Source: Opitutia bacterium
GTDB lineage: Bacteria > Verrucomicrobiota > Verrucomicrobiia > Opitutales > Opitutaceae
Length of the DNA: 64,000 bases
Direction of reading: 5' to 3'
NCBI GenBank assembly: GCA_947478395.1
Contig: CANJVR010000001.1
Location: forward strand, 704,001 to 768,000
Part shown: piece after piece, positions 45,308-55,507 of the stretch
How the letters are laid out: every line of letters begins with the position of its first letter
How positions within the stretch are numbered: position 1 is the first letter of the stretch
Made by a program: the position numbers and the translations under genes
The notes under the pieces: model-generated
What the model was told of the DNA's origin: nothing
Database searches by the model: none
Seen by the model: only the letters and a program-made list of their open reading frames with translations

Positions 45308-45385
45308 GGAAGGCGGGGTCCCTCATGCCGCGCCGGCGCAACTAGATCGGCGGTAGCGCTGCGGGGTCGGGTTCGCCCGCCCACA
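45308..45385. repeat. REP doublet, copy B (degenerate)
   Basis: GGAAGGCGGGGTCCCTCATGCCGCG...TGCGGGGTCGGGTTCGCCCGCCCACA between convergent genes. Confidence 0.6.
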
Positions 45386-45397
45386 GCCAGCCACTGC

Positions 45398-46180
45398 TCA
45401 CTTCCGCACCGTCAGCAATTCGATCTTCTCGGCGCGCGCCATCGATGGGCTGATGTCGACCACCGCGCCCGACAATCGCACGTCGCCTTCCGCGACTTCA
45501 AATCGCTTCGGCATGCCATCAATAAATCGCGACACCACCGGCGCAACTTCGCGGCCCAATACCCCCGCGTAGGGCCCCGTCATGCCGACGTCGCACATAA
45601 ACGCCGTGCCCTTCGGCAGGACGCACGCGTCCGCCGTTGGCACGTGGGTGTGCGTGCCCAAAACCGCTGTCACCCGACCATCGAGATACCAACCCAGCGC
45701 GATTTTCTCACTCGTGGCCTCGGCGTGGATCTCGACGACGATCGCATCGGCCTGCCCCTTGAGTTGCTCAATCATTCGGTCCGCGCACAAAAACGGGCAG
45801 TCAGCCTTCAAGTTCATGTAGGTGCGTCCCAGCACCGTGAACATCGCCAAGCGAAATCCACGCTTTTCGACGATGACATGATCCCAGCCCGGATTCGATT
45901 TCGGTAAATTTGCCGGGCGGCACACGCGGTCCAAGCCCACGATTTCCGTCTCCCAGCCCCGCTGGTCCCACACGTGATCGCCGAGGGTGATCGCGTCCAC
46001 GCCGCAATCGAGAATCGACTTCGCCAGCTTCTCCGTGATCCCCGCGCCCGCCGCCACGTTCTCGGCGTTGGCGATCACGAAATCGAGCGCCAGCTCCGTG
46101 CGCAGTCGCGGCAGTTTTTCCGCAACGATGTCGCGCCCCGGCCGGCCAACGATATCGCCGATGAAAAGCAGTTTCAGCAT
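45398..46180 (-). CDS. ymdB: YmdB-like (TIGR00282) metallophosphoesterase
   Basis: GDIVGRPG, NAEN, HAEATSEK, GTHTHV and DVGMTG motifs. Confidence 0.93.
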   Translation of the reverse strand: MLKLLFIGDIVGRPGRDIVAEKLPRLRTELALDFVIANAENVAAGAGITEKLAKSILDCGVDAITLGDHVWDQRGWETEIVGLDRVCRPANLPKSNPGWDHVIVEKRGFRLAMFTVLGRTYMNLKADCPFLCADRMIEQLKGQADAIVVEIHAEATSEKIALGWYLDGRVTAVLGTHTHVPTADACVLPKGTAFMCDVGMTGPYAGVLGREVAPVVSRFIDGMPKRFEVAEGDVRLSGAVVDISPSMARAEKIELLTVRK

Positions 46181-46248
46181 GGCGCCACGCTGCTTCCGGC
46201 CGCCCTGTGCGCCAGCCTAATTTCCGCAACGTTCGCCGCGACCTGCTC

Positions 46249-48795
46249 CTATTTGGTTGGGAGCCCGAAGATCTTCACCATCGCCTCCAACTCGGCATCG
46301 CCGAGCGGTTGCTCGCGAAGCTCAGCCCGGGCTTCGGTCACCGTTGCAACCGTGACGGGATCGGCCTCGTGGCCCCAGGAGCGGCGCACAAACGTCAGCA
46401 CATCGGCGACCGCCTGATCGGTGAGCATGGTTTTCCACGGGGGCATGACGCGATTTTCCGTCATTTTTCCGTTGAGCACGATGCGTGAGACGATGCGCGG
46501 ATCGCCGAGCACCCAGCGCGAGAAAAGAAGCGAGGGCGCGAGGCCGGCGAGCCCCTGGCCGTTGGGTTGGTGACACGCCGCACAGAGTTGCGCGAACTGC
46601 AACTGGCCGCGATCAAACTGCACTTGTTCCGGTCGCGTCAAAGGGCGGGCCGCCACGGTTTCCGCCCCGGGTTTGCCCGGCCATTTGAGCTGCGTGAGCA
46701 ATTGCTCAGCCGCGGTTCCCACGGGCGAACCTTTCTTCGCCGCGAGGGCGAGCAGCGGCTTCGGCTCAGCGGGAAGACTGGCCGCCATCGTTCGGCCGTC
46801 TGGCGTGCGCGGTAGAAAATTTCTCACGCCGGCAAAAAGCGCGGTGCGCGCCCAGTCCGGCGTGTCCGCCGCGGCGGTCAGAACGAGCACGCGCTCGATG
46901 CGCGCCGCGTTGCCGGACTTCAACACCGCGCTCGTCGCAAATCGAATCGTGTCGGCCGTCCGCGCGGCCGCTTCGGCGTTCTTCACGAGTCCCTCGATCA
47001 GATCCTCTTCACGACCGGCGAGGCCGCTCACGATCGCATCGGCGACGAACCGTTGCGCGCCCGCGGCGATCGCGAGTTGACGCAACGCGAGATCGGCGGC
47101 CGGGGTACCCGCCTCGCCGAGAGAGAGCGCGAGCTGCAGTCGCACCGCCGGCTCTGCGCGCGTTGCAACGAGCGCCGCGACCTGCGCGGTCAACTCCGCA
47201 TCGCGCGTCGGCGGGGCCAAAAACTTCTCCGCGAGCCGCACCGCCGCGGCGCAGACGCGGGGATCTTTATCCGCGAGAGCGGCGGCGATCGTGCCGCGAT
47301 CCAAACCGTCGGTGCCCTCAAGCGTCCACAGCGCGTGAACCCGAGCGAGCGGCGGCTGGGCGGCGTCGACGGCCAGTCGGCGCAACGCGACATTCGCTGC
47401 CGGATCGCGTTTCTCGACGAGGAGCTGTTGCGCGGTGTCCCGCACCCAGCCGTTGGGATCGGAGAGTTTCGCGGTGAGTTCAACGGGCGAAGCGGTCGCG
47501 AGCGTGAGTTGGTAGTTCGCTTTGGGCGCGCCGTCCGGGACGATGCGCCAAATGCGGCCGAGGTTGACGCCTTTTTCGAGGCTGCGTTCCTCGATCTGCT
47601 TGCGGAGGAAACTCGTGACAAAGGTGCGGTGCTGGATGACACCGCGGTACATATCCACGACGTAGAGCGCGCCGTCGGGGCCGTTGAAGACATTGACCGG
47701 ACGGAATCGCTCATCAGTCGACGTCATGAACTCGGTGCCTTCATAGGCATTGGCTCCGGTAGGTACGCCGTCTTGGTCGGAAATCTTGATCCGCTTCACC
47801 AGATTGCCGGCGACTTCGGGCACGAAGCCGTTGCCGACGAAGTCCGGGCCGAGGAGCGCGCCGCGATAAATCACGGGGCCGGCCGCACCCGTCATCGCGG
47901 TAATTTTCCCCTCGCCGTCGAGCGAGTTGTAGGCGCGGTTCACCCCGGGCGTGACGCGACCCGGCCAGATGCGCAGGCGGGACGAGACCACGGAAACATT
48001 CGTGCCACCCGCACCGGGGAAATTGGAATTGCGATTCAGGTAAGCCGAAGGAACCACATCCACGCGCAGGGGATCGCTGTTGGTATCGTAGTAAATCCGG
48101 CCCACGTCGTCCTGCGTGATACCCCATTGGCCGCGGGGGATGGTCTTTTCACGCGTGAGTTTTCCATCGCCGAGCCAGCGGAAGCGCACGTTGTGCTTCG
48201 CATTGTAGAGCCAGTTATCAAGCGCCCACATGAGGCCGTTGGCGTCATGCTCGGGGTTGCCGCCCACGCCATAGTCGCTCACGACCTCGGTCTTAACATC
48301 GGCCTGACCGTCGCCGTTCGTATCGCGCATCCACACCAATTTCGCCGGGTATCCGACCAGCGCACCGTCGCCCACGAGCGCGAGCGCACGCGGCATCACC
48401 AGCTTGTCGGCAAAAACCACCCGGCGGTCGTAGCGACCGTCGCCATCCGTGTCGCTCAGAACGGCGATCACACCGACGGCCTGATCCTCGCCATGACCGT
48501 CCACATCGAGCATGTAGCCGCGCATCTCGACCACCCAAAGGCGTCCATCCGGCCCGAATTGCATCGCAACCGGATCGCCCACGAGCGGATCGCCGGCCAC
48601 CAGTTCAGCGTGAAAGCCCGGCGCAAGCTTGAAGGTCGCCAGCTCCTGCTCGGGCGTGAGCACCGGGGCCGGCGGGATCTTGATGTGAGCGGGCACAGGG
48701 GGCTGCACCTCGCCTTGCTTGTCGCCGCGCTGAGCCAGTGCGAGCGGCGCGGCAAGGGCGAGAAGCAGGAACGCGACGGAAGAGCGATAATACAT
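46249..48795 (-). CDS. PVC-type putative membrane-bound dehydrogenase (beta-propeller + HEAT repeats + cytochrome c)
   Basis: Signal peptide; GRLWVVEM, DERFRPV...GPDGALYVVDMYR, RVHALWTL; CAACH heme motif with distal MPPW. Confidence 0.88.
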   Translation of the reverse strand: MYYRSSVAFLLLALAAPLALAQRGDKQGEVQPPVPAHIKIPPAPVLTPEQELATFKLAPGFHAELVAGDPLVGDPVAMQFGPDGRLWVVEMRGYMLDVDGHGEDQAVGVIAVLSDTDGDGRYDRRVVFADKLVMPRALALVGDGALVGYPAKLVWMRDTNGDGQADVKTEVVSDYGVGGNPEHDANGLMWALDNWLYNAKHNVRFRWLGDGKLTREKTIPRGQWGITQDDVGRIYYDTNSDPLRVDVVPSAYLNRNSNFPGAGGTNVSVVSSRLRIWPGRVTPGVNRAYNSLDGEGKITAMTGAAGPVIYRGALLGPDFVGNGFVPEVAGNLVKRIKISDQDGVPTGANAYEGTEFMTSTDERFRPVNVFNGPDGALYVVDMYRGVIQHRTFVTSFLRKQIEERSLEKGVNLGRIWRIVPDGAPKANYQLTLATASPVELTAKLSDPNGWVRDTAQQLLVEKRDPAANVALRRLAVDAAQPPLARVHALWTLEGTDGLDRGTIAAALADKDPRVCAAAVRLAEKFLAPPTRDAELTAQVAALVATRAEPAVRLQLALSLGEAGTPAADLALRQLAIAAGAQRFVADAIVSGLAGREEDLIEGLVKNAEAAARTADTIRFATSAVLKSGNAARIERVLVLTAAADTPDWARTALFAGVRNFLPRTPDGRTMAASLPAEPKPLLALAAKKGSPVGTAAEQLLTQLKWPGKPGAETVAARPLTRPEQVQFDRGQLQFAQLCAACHQPNGQGLAGLAPSLLFSRWVLGDPRIVSRIVLNGKMTENRVMPPWKTMLTDQAVADVLTFVRRSWGHEADPVTVATVTEARAELREQPLGDAELEAMVKIFGLPTK

Positions 48796-48996
48796 GGGGA
48801 AAATTGATTCGAAGTGGCACGGCTGCCACACGACAACCGAGGGCTATGCGTTTCGATTTATTTATAAATCCGAACACCGGGTCAAGGGACGGTCGAGGAA
48901 ATATCTTGCCCGCACTTCCGCTCGGTTTGTAGTCCGCGGTGCAGCCGCTTGCACCCTCCTTCCGGCCAGCGGCCGACGCCCCATCCCGACAATTCC

Positions 48997-49995
48997 ATGA
49001 CATCCTACACCCGCCGCGAATTCTCCAAAATAGCCCTCGCCGCCCTGCCCGCGGCCGGCCTGTGGTCGGCCGCATCAGCTCCGCTGCGTGCCGCTGAGGC
49101 CGCGTCGCCCACGACGCCAGCCACCAAGCCAAACTCAAAGGTGAACGGAGTCCAAATCGGCCTCAACGTTCCCTACAGTTTTGGCAACAATGTCATGGGC
49201 GCGGACGAGGTGCTCAAAAACTGCGTGCAACTCGGCGTCAGTTCCCTGGAATTGCGGACGCAGCCCGTTGAATTATTTCTGGGTGTGCCCGAAGCGCTCC
49301 TGAATACCCGGGCCGCCGCGACCGGCGGCGCCGCGGTCCCCGCCGATCCCGCGCTCGTTCAAGCCAACGCCGAGAAGCTCCGCCAGTGGCGCCTCGGCGC
49401 ATCGATGGATCGCGTAAAGGAGTTCCGCCGCATGTACGAGAGCTCCGGCGTGCAGATCGAAATCCTGAAGGTCGATAACATGTTTCGCCTCACGGACGAC
49501 GTGCTCGATTATAATTTCACGATGGCCAAAATGCTCGGCGCCCGCGCGATTTCGTGCGAGATCTCGGCCAAGGAAGACGACCTCGTTCGCGTCGGTCGGT
49601 TTGCCGACAAGCACCAGATGATGGTCGGCTATCATGGCCACGCCGCCACGATCCCGGCGCATTGGGAGCATGCGTTCTCCCTCGCGAAATATAACGGGGC
49701 CAATGTCGATCTCGGCCACTTTGTGGCGGGCAACAACGTTTCTCCCGTGGAATTCATCAAGAAGCAGCACGCGCGGATCACGCATGTCCACGTCAAGGAT
49801 CGCAAACTGCACGAAGGACCGAACACGCCCTTCGGCGAAGGCGACACGCCGATCGTCGAAGTGCTGCGCCTGATCCGCGATAACAAGTGGGATATTCAGG
49901 CAACGATCGAATTCGAATACCGCGTCCCGGCCGGCTCGACGCGCATGGCGGAAATCGCCCGCGCGGTGAAGTATTGCCGCGACGCGCTGGCCTGA
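48997..49995 (+). CDS. Tat-exported sugar phosphate isomerase/epimerase (xylose isomerase-like TIM barrel)
   Basis: TRREF twin-arginine signal; DLGHF, HVKD and IEFEY motifs. Confidence 0.85.
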   Translation: MTSYTRREFSKIALAALPAAGLWSAASAPLRAAEAASPTTPATKPNSKVNGVQIGLNVPYSFGNNVMGADEVLKNCVQLGVSSLELRTQPVELFLGVPEALLNTRAAATGGAAVPADPALVQANAEKLRQWRLGASMDRVKEFRRMYESSGVQIEILKVDNMFRLTDDVLDYNFTMAKMLGARAISCEISAKEDDLVRVGRFADKHQMMVGYHGHAATIPAHWEHAFSLAKYNGANVDLGHFVAGNNVSPVEFIKKQHARITHVHVKDRKLHEGPNTPFGEGDTPIVEVLRLIRDNKWDIQATIEFEYRVPAGSTRMAEIARAVKYCRDALA

Positions 49996-50170
49996 GCTTA
50001 GCCGTTAACGACGGAGCGGCTGGCCGAGACGCCCGCCGCTCCACCAAACGGCCGCGGAAAAATCAAAACCGCCCTAGGAGTGCGGTCCGCCCGCCGGGGC
50101 AATTCCGAGGCTTGCCTCCCGGCGGGCCGATGGTTTTTGCTGACAGGCTTTTTTATCGAAAGTCATCGCC

Positions 50171-51940
50171 ATGAAAACCACCTCCACTCCCGCCAAGTTT
50201 CCTCAAGCCGAGATCGGCCGCGAAATGAAGGGCTCCGACGCTGTCGTCGAGTGCCTCATCCGCGAGGGCGTGGATGTCATCTTCGCCTACCCCGGCGGTG
50301 CTTCGCAGGAGCTCCACCAGTCTCTCGCCCGCACCGATAAGATCCGGACGATCCTCCCGCGCCACGAACAGGGCGGTTCATTCGCCGCCGAGGCTTACTC
50401 GCGCGTGACCGGAAAAGTCGGCGTGTGCATGGCCACCAGCGGTCCCGGCGCGACCAATCTCGTCTCTGCCATCGCCGACGCGTTCATGGACTCGATCCCG
50501 ATGGTCGCGATCACCGGTCAGGTGTTTTCGAAATACATCGGCAAGATGGCGTTTCAGGAAACCGATTTCTACGGCATGACGCTCCCCGTCGTGAAGCACT
50601 CCTACCTGGTGCTCGATGTCCACGATCTGCCGCGCATCTTCAAGGAAGCCTTCGTTCTGGCCCGCAGCGGCCGGCCCGGTCCGGTCGTCATCGATATTCC
50701 GAAGGACGTGCAGCAGGCGAAATTCCAGCCGGTGTTTCCGGCCACGGTCGAGTTCCGCAATCCCACGCTCAGTCACGTTCCGCAAGCGACCGACGAAGAA
50801 CTCCGCAAAATCCTCGCGCTCATTGCCGACGCGAAGCGGCCCGTGCTCTACGTCGGCGGCGGCGTGGTTTCAGCCGAAGCCAGCGCCGAACTGAAAGCCT
50901 TCGCGGAAAAAACCAATATCCGGGTCGCCACCACGCTGATGGGCGTGGGTACGTTCCCCGAAACGCATCCGTTGTCGATGCACTGGTTCGGCATGCATGG
51001 CGCCGCCTACGGGAACTGGGCCGTCGACCAATGCGACTTGCTCCTGTGTTTTGCCGCGCGCTTCGACGACCGTATCACGGGCAACACCGACAAATTCGCC
51101 GCCGCGGCCAAGATCGTCCACATCGACATCGACGCGTCCGAGCACAACAAGAACAAGCGCGTCCAGCTCGCGATCACGAGCGACATCAAATACGCGCTCA
51201 CCCGCCTCAACGAACTCGCCGCAAAATTCGCGCCACCCGAGACCAAAGCGTGGCACGCGCAGATCGACACGTGGATGAAGGATCACCCGTTCGGCTACGA
51301 AGAGAGCAAGCACATCGTCCCGCAGGAAGCGGTGAAGACCCTCTACGAACTCACGAAGGGCGATGCGATCATCACGACCGGCGTCGGCCAACACCAGATG
51401 TGGGCCGCCCAGTTCTATCGTTTCAACGAGCCGCGCCGCTACATCAGCTCGCTCGGTCTCGGCGCGATGGGCTTCGGCTATCCCGCCGCCCTCGGCGCCA
51501 AAGTGGCCCGTCCGGACAAACAAGTCATCGACATCGACGGCGACGGCTCGTGGGTGATGAACATCCAGGAGCTCGCCACCGCGAAGATCGAGAAGATCGC
51601 CGCGAAAGCGATGATCCTGAATAACCAGCACCTTGGCATGGTCGTGCAATGGGAAGACCGCTTCTACGGCAGCGTGCGCGGCAACACGATTCTCGGCGAC
51701 GAGACCAACGTCGGCAGCCCCGACAACCTCGCCGGCATCTACCCTGATTTCGTCACCATCGCCCAAGGCTTCGGCGTGAAAGCGCGCCGCGTGCACAAGA
51801 AGAGCGAGCTACGCGAAGCGATCCAGGAAATGCTCGACCACGACGGCCCGTACGTCCTCGACGTGATCGTGCCCTACACGGAGCACGTCTTGCCGATGAT
51901 CCCCGCCGGTAAAACGGTGAAGGACATGCTGCTGAAGTAA
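50171..51940 (+). CDS. ilvB: Acetolactate synthase large subunit
   Basis: [31 protein letters not shown] and DGDGS...NNQHLGMV motifs. Confidence 0.97.
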   Translation: MKTTSTPAKFPQAEIGREMKGSDAVVECLIREGVDVIFAYPGGASQELHQSLARTDKIRTILPRHEQGGSFAAEAYSRVTGKVGVCMATSGPGATNLVSAIADAFMDSIPMVAITGQVFSKYIGKMAFQETDFYGMTLPVVKHSYLVLDVHDLPRIFKEAFVLARSGRPGPVVIDIPKDVQQAKFQPVFPATVEFRNPTLSHVPQATDEELRKILALIADAKRPVLYVGGGVVSAEASAELKAFAEKTNIRVATTLMGVGTFPETHPLSMHWFGMHGAAYGNWAVDQCDLLLCFAARFDDRITGNTDKFAAAAKIVHIDIDASEHNKNKRVQLAITSDIKYALTRLNELAAKFAPPETKAWHAQIDTWMKDHPFGYEESKHIVPQEAVKTLYELTKGDAIITTGVGQHQMWAAQFYRFNEPRRYISSLGLGAMGFGYPAALGAKVARPDKQVIDIDGDGSWVMNIQELATAKIEKIAAKAMILNNQHLGMVVQWEDRFYGSVRGNTILGDETNVGSPDNLAGIYPDFVTIAQGFGVKARRVHKKSELREAIQEMLDHDGPYVLDVIVPYTEHVLPMIPAGKTVKDMLLK

Positions 51941-51970
51941 GCGGCGCTTGAGGCGCCTGCTCTGATTTTC

Positions 51971-51999
51971 GGGCCGCAGATTGCTGCGGCCCTTTTTTT
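51971..51999 (+). terminator. Intrinsic terminator after ilvB
   Basis: GGGCCGCAG-ATTG-CTGCGGCCC-TTTTTTT. Confidence 0.9.
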
Positions 52000-52027
52000 C
52001 GTCGCAAGGCGCCGAGCTTAGCCGCGC

Positions 52028-52831
52028 TTATCCTCGCGCGCTAAAATCTTCACCCACGATCACGCGCACCGCTTCCTGTGCCGCCGCGAGACCAAACGCG
52101 CCCGTGACCCACACCGCGGTGCCGAAGCCCGTCGCGCAGTCCAACTGCAGGTTGCTGCCCGGTTCGACCGTCGCGCGACAGGTCCCGTCCGCCCACGGAT
52201 ACACCGGCGGCTCGTCGGTCCATACGCAACGCACGCCATAGCGATGGCCCTCGCCTTTCGCGAAAGCGTAGTCGCGCCGTAATTTTTTCCGGACCTGCCG
52301 CAGCAATTCATCGCTCCCGGAATCGCCCAGATCGCTCACCCGAACCCGCGTTGCATCCCGCCGTCCACCCGCCGCGCCCACCGTCACGCAGCCGCAGCCA
52401 CGCTTCACGCTCTCCGCGATCAGCAGCGCTTTGTGCGACATCAAGTCGACCGCATCCACGACGACATTGAAGCGCGGCGCCAGGAGACGCTCCGCGGTCG
52501 CCGCCGTGAAAAATTCCGCGACGCTCGCCACCCGGCAGGCCGGGTTGATCAACCGCACCCGTTCCGCGAGCACGGCCGATTTCGGCCGGCCGATCTGGCC
52601 GTCGAGCGCCGGCAGCTGGCGGTTAACATTGGTCACGCATACATCGTCGAGATCGATCAACGTCAGTGCGCCAACCCCGCTCCGCGCGAGACCTTCCACG
52701 GTCCACGAGCCCACGCCGCCCAGCCCGATCACGGCGACGTGCGCCGCGCGCAAACGCGCCAAGGCGGCGCTCCCGAACAAGCGCGCCACGCCGCCGAAGC
52801 GCTGCGCATAATCGTCGTCTCCACTCGTCAT
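52028..52831 (-). CDS. tcdA: tRNA threonylcarbamoyladenosine dehydratase (ThiF family)
   Basis: RFGGVARLFG, GLGGVGSW, DDVCVTNVNRQ and LDCATGFG motifs. Confidence 0.92.
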   Translation of the reverse strand: MTSGDDDYAQRFGGVARLFGSAALARLRAAHVAVIGLGGVGSWTVEGLARSGVGALTLIDLDDVCVTNVNRQLPALDGQIGRPKSAVLAERVRLINPACRVASVAEFFTAATAERLLAPRFNVVVDAVDLMSHKALLIAESVKRGCGCVTVGAAGGRRDATRVRVSDLGDSGSDELLRQVRKKLRRDYAFAKGEGHRYGVRCVWTDEPPVYPWADGTCRATVEPGSNLQLDCATGFGTAVWVTGAFGLAAAQEAVRVIVGEDFSARG

Positions 52832-53091
52832 CCGGCCAGAGCACCGGTCCGCGTTCGCGCGCGCAAGCCCGCGCTATCCGACCACTCGATCACGCGGAGG
52901 CGTTTCGCTTCTCGCCCAAGCTTATTGGCCCGGATACCCGCTCCGAAAAACACACCCTTGCCCACGAAATAATGAACCCACGTGAGCCTCGGGTCTTTGA
53001 TTGTCTTCAAGACTTTCCCGCGGCCCTCGGATTGTTCGTAGACGACGGAGAAAAGGAGCGGGGGTCCTGCGCGCACCGTCCCAGTGCGAAG

Positions 53092-53628
53092 CTAGTCCAG
53101 CAACGCTTTGACCGCTGCAATCGCCGCCGCTTCACGGGCGGGCCAGCCGCCCGCGATCTGCTTCCACGGGAGACCGCGTTGCGCGAGCGTGTCGCGCCAA
53201 AGTTTTCCTGCCGCGATCCGCCGTGCATCGTCGGGAAAACAACGCTGGGGATCGGGCGCGAACGCGACATCCGTGTCGCAGAATAAAAAGAGCGAAAAAT
53301 TCCGGGCGCGCGCATCAGCCTCCGGACGCACCCACACCGGGCAGGCGCCGGGAAACAGGAGGTCGTTCCACAGGACACACGTCATCAGCTCGGTGTCGCA
53401 AAAAACCACGCGCCGCGCGCGCGCGGCCGCCGTTTCCTCGTTTGCGATTTGACCTCGAGCGATCGCATCGAGATCGGCGGGCCCGATTTTTCCGTCGTGG
53501 GTATCCCAGTATTCCCGCACGTATTCCGCGGCCCACGGCTCTTCGAAGTGGTTCGCCAGCATGCGGGCCAGCGTGGTCTTGCCGGTGGACTCCGTGCCGA
53601 AAATTGCGATGCGCTTTACGTCAGCCAT
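53092..53628 (-). CDS. NadR-like P-loop kinase domain (AAA_28), stand-alone
   Basis: GTESTGKTTL, EYVREY, IARGQ, FCDT and DPQR motifs; overlaps the pnuC stop. Confidence 0.88.
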   Translation of the reverse strand: MADVKRIAIFGTESTGKTTLARMLANHFEEPWAAEYVREYWDTHDGKIGPADLDAIARGQIANEETAAARARRVVFCDTELMTCVLWNDLLFPGACPVWVRPEADARARNFSLFLFCDTDVAFAPDPQRCFPDDARRIAAGKLWRDTLAQRGLPWKQIAGGWPAREAAAIAAVKALLD

Positions 53629-54229
53629 GCGCCCTCCGCCATGATTCGCGCCAGGCTCGGAGCCCACCCCAAGCCAGCAGCCAGAAAATAAAATAGAGCA
53701 CCGCGAACCAATAAAATCCCCGGCTCCAATAAACGCCGATCGCGACCGTGTTGGTGATAATCCACGCGTGCCAGTTCTCGAGGATCTTACGCGATTGCAG
53801 CCACTGCGCGGTCACGCTGGCCGCAAAAATAAAGCCGTCCCACCACGGCAACGCCGCATCCGTAAAGGTCGCCATCCCCGCACCCCATGCCGCGCACACT
53901 GCCAGCGTGCCGAGCGACCACGCCAGCCGGCCCCGCAACGATAAACGCTGCACGGCCAGCGGCGTTTCGTCTTTCGTTCCCCGCCCCCAGTGCCACCAGC
54001 CGTAGATCATCGCCGCAAAAAATATCACCTGCAGGACGGCGTCGGAATAGAGTTTCCCCTGAAAAAAAACCCAGCCGGACAACGCCGCTTGCACCAAGCC
54101 CACCGGGAAATTCCACAAACTTTCCCGCATCGCCAGCCACACGAAGATCACCCCCAGGACGGTAGCCGCTTGCTCGAGCCGGCTCGCATTGAGCGCCCCC
54201 GTGACAATTTCATGAAAAATCGCGCTCAA
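53621..54229 (-). CDS. pnuC: PnuC-family nicotinamide riboside / B-vitamin transporter
   Basis: WNFPVGL, LYSDAVLQ, YGWWHW, PWWD and AQWLQSRKILENW motifs; start uncertain (TTG 54229). Confidence 0.9.
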   Translation of the reverse strand: MSAIFHEIVTGALNASRLEQAATVLGVIFVWLAMRESLWNFPVGLVQAALSGWVFFQGKLYSDAVLQVIFFAAMIYGWWHWGRGTKDETPLAVQRLSLRGRLAWSLGTLAVCAAWGAGMATFTDAALPWWDGFIFAASVTAQWLQSRKILENWHAWIITNTVAIGVYWSRGFYWFAVLYFIFWLLAWGGLRAWRESWRRAHG

Positions 54230-54318
54230 GCGTGAAAATGACGAACGATCATCGCCCACACGGATAAAAATCTGCCGCCCACGTCAACCGAGCACCGTGC
54301 TTGAGCCGCGCCGGGCCC

Positions 54319-54475
54319 AAGATCGGCCGGCGCCCGGCCAAGAACCTCGAGGCTGCACTCGCCCACGAACTCGCCGACTGCCTCTGGTCCGTGCTGGTGT
54401 GCGCCGACGCCTACCACGTCGATCTCGGACACGCTTTCGCCAAGACGATGGACGCCCTCGAGCGGAAGCTCACGG
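54319..54475 (+). pseudogene. C-terminal remnant of a MazG-like NTP pyrophosphohydrolase
   Basis: LAHELADCLWSVLVCADAYHVDLGHAFAKTMDALE; N-terminal helices absent; in-frame stop upstream at 54265. Confidence 0.65.
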
Positions 54476-55507
54476 CGCCACGTCGAACCAAAAGGGCAAA
54501 AACGTCTCGCGTCCCTGGACGTTAACCTGCGCCCAGATCACGTAACGGCCCGCGCTGGGAATCGTGATCTTAAACGAAAGCGCCGGCTTCACCGGATCAG
54601 GCGGAGCGAGCAGATCCGTTTCCATCGGGTGCAAGTGAGCAAAACCGCGCCGGGCCTCATCGAACGCCACGAGATGCGCAAACGCGCCCATCACCGGCTC
54701 GAGTGCGACGCGGCCGCCATCGGCCCGCGTGGCGGCAAACTTCAAGTCCACCACCTGCCTGGCCCGCACCGGCTCCGCGCTAGGCGTCAGCGTGAAACGA
54801 ATGCCGTCTCGCTCCACGGACCAGGTCGACTTCGCCGCCGCTCGAACCGTGGCGAGGTCGGCCGGTGACACCATCGGACTGATGCCGTCCGTCACGGCCA
54901 AATCCGCGCTGGCGTACAATCCGCGCGCTGTCGCCACCGGGGTGAAGTCGGCGAACACGCGATAAATTCCGGTCCGCCGTGGTGTGAATTCAAAATTCCA
55001 CTGGCCAGGATTTTTGCCCGGCGTCGGATGCACATGCTGATAGTCCCCGAGCGCCGGATCGACGATCAGGAGATGCAGTTTCTTCGTGTGCACCACGAGC
55101 AGATCCTCCGGCGAGATCAATTTCCCGTTCGCGGTTTTCAGGGTCATCGTGCCGCGCGCGGATTCGCCCGCCCGCACCGCGGCTCCGGCCGTCGTCAGCG
55201 ACATCGCAACCGGCGAACGCACGTCGACGACCGGAATGAACTGCGGGTTCAACGGATCGCAGAAATCGAAGGAGTTTCCCCCCGTCGCGCGAAAGTCCAT
55301 GTGATTGAGATTCGTGCCCGTCGGCAGGAAGCGGAGAAACAAAAACACCGCCACCGCACCCAACGTGATCCAAGCCGCCTGCCGCCACTGCCGTGCAGCT
55401 AAACCCGAATGCGGCGCACCCTCACCCCGCATTCGCACGGGATTATCTACCCCATCGCTGCGGGGTGCGGACGCCCCGCCTACAGGACTGGAAGTTTCGT
55501 CGTTCAC
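54470..55507 (-). CDS. Membrane-anchored His-rich putative heavy-metal-binding protein (two beta-sandwich repeats)
   Basis: VHTKKLHLLIV...YQHVHP and MGAFAHLVAF...FAHLHP; GTG start overlaps the SCO stop (GTGA). Confidence 0.8.
   Translation of the reverse strand: MNDETSSPVGGASAPRSDGVDNPVRMRGEGAPHSGLAARQWRQAAWITLGAVAVFLFLRFLPTGTNLNHMDFRATGGNSFDFCDPLNPQFIPVVDVRSPVAMSLTTAGAAVRAGESARGTMTLKTANGKLISPEDLLVVHTKKLHLLIVDPALGDYQHVHPTPGKNPGQWNFEFTPRRTGIYRVFADFTPVATARGLYASADLAVTDGISPMVSPADLATVRAAAKSTWSVERDGIRFTLTPSAEPVRARQVVDLKFAATRADGGRVALEPVMGAFAHLVAFDEARRGFAHLHPMETDLLAPPDPVKPALSFKITIPSAGRYVIWAQVNVQGRETFLPFWFDVAP
55407..55484. repeat. REP doublet, copy C (intragenic)
   Basis: GAATGCGGCGCACCCTCACCCCGCA...TGCGGGGTGCGGACGCCCCGCCTACA. 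Confidence 0.75.

Noticed and set aside
48814..48829. TGGCACG as a second sigma54 promoter
   Set aside because: It lacks TTGC at the -12 position and is just a short palindrome, GTGGCA-CGGC-TGCCAC
49996..50170. Classical ilv leader-peptide attenuator
   Set aside because: No short ORF rich in Leu/Ile/Val codons precedes the hairpin
54230..54330. NAD, TPP or FMN riboswitch upstream of pnuC
   Set aside because: The region is short and I recognised no conserved aptamer motif; an Rfam scan would be decisive
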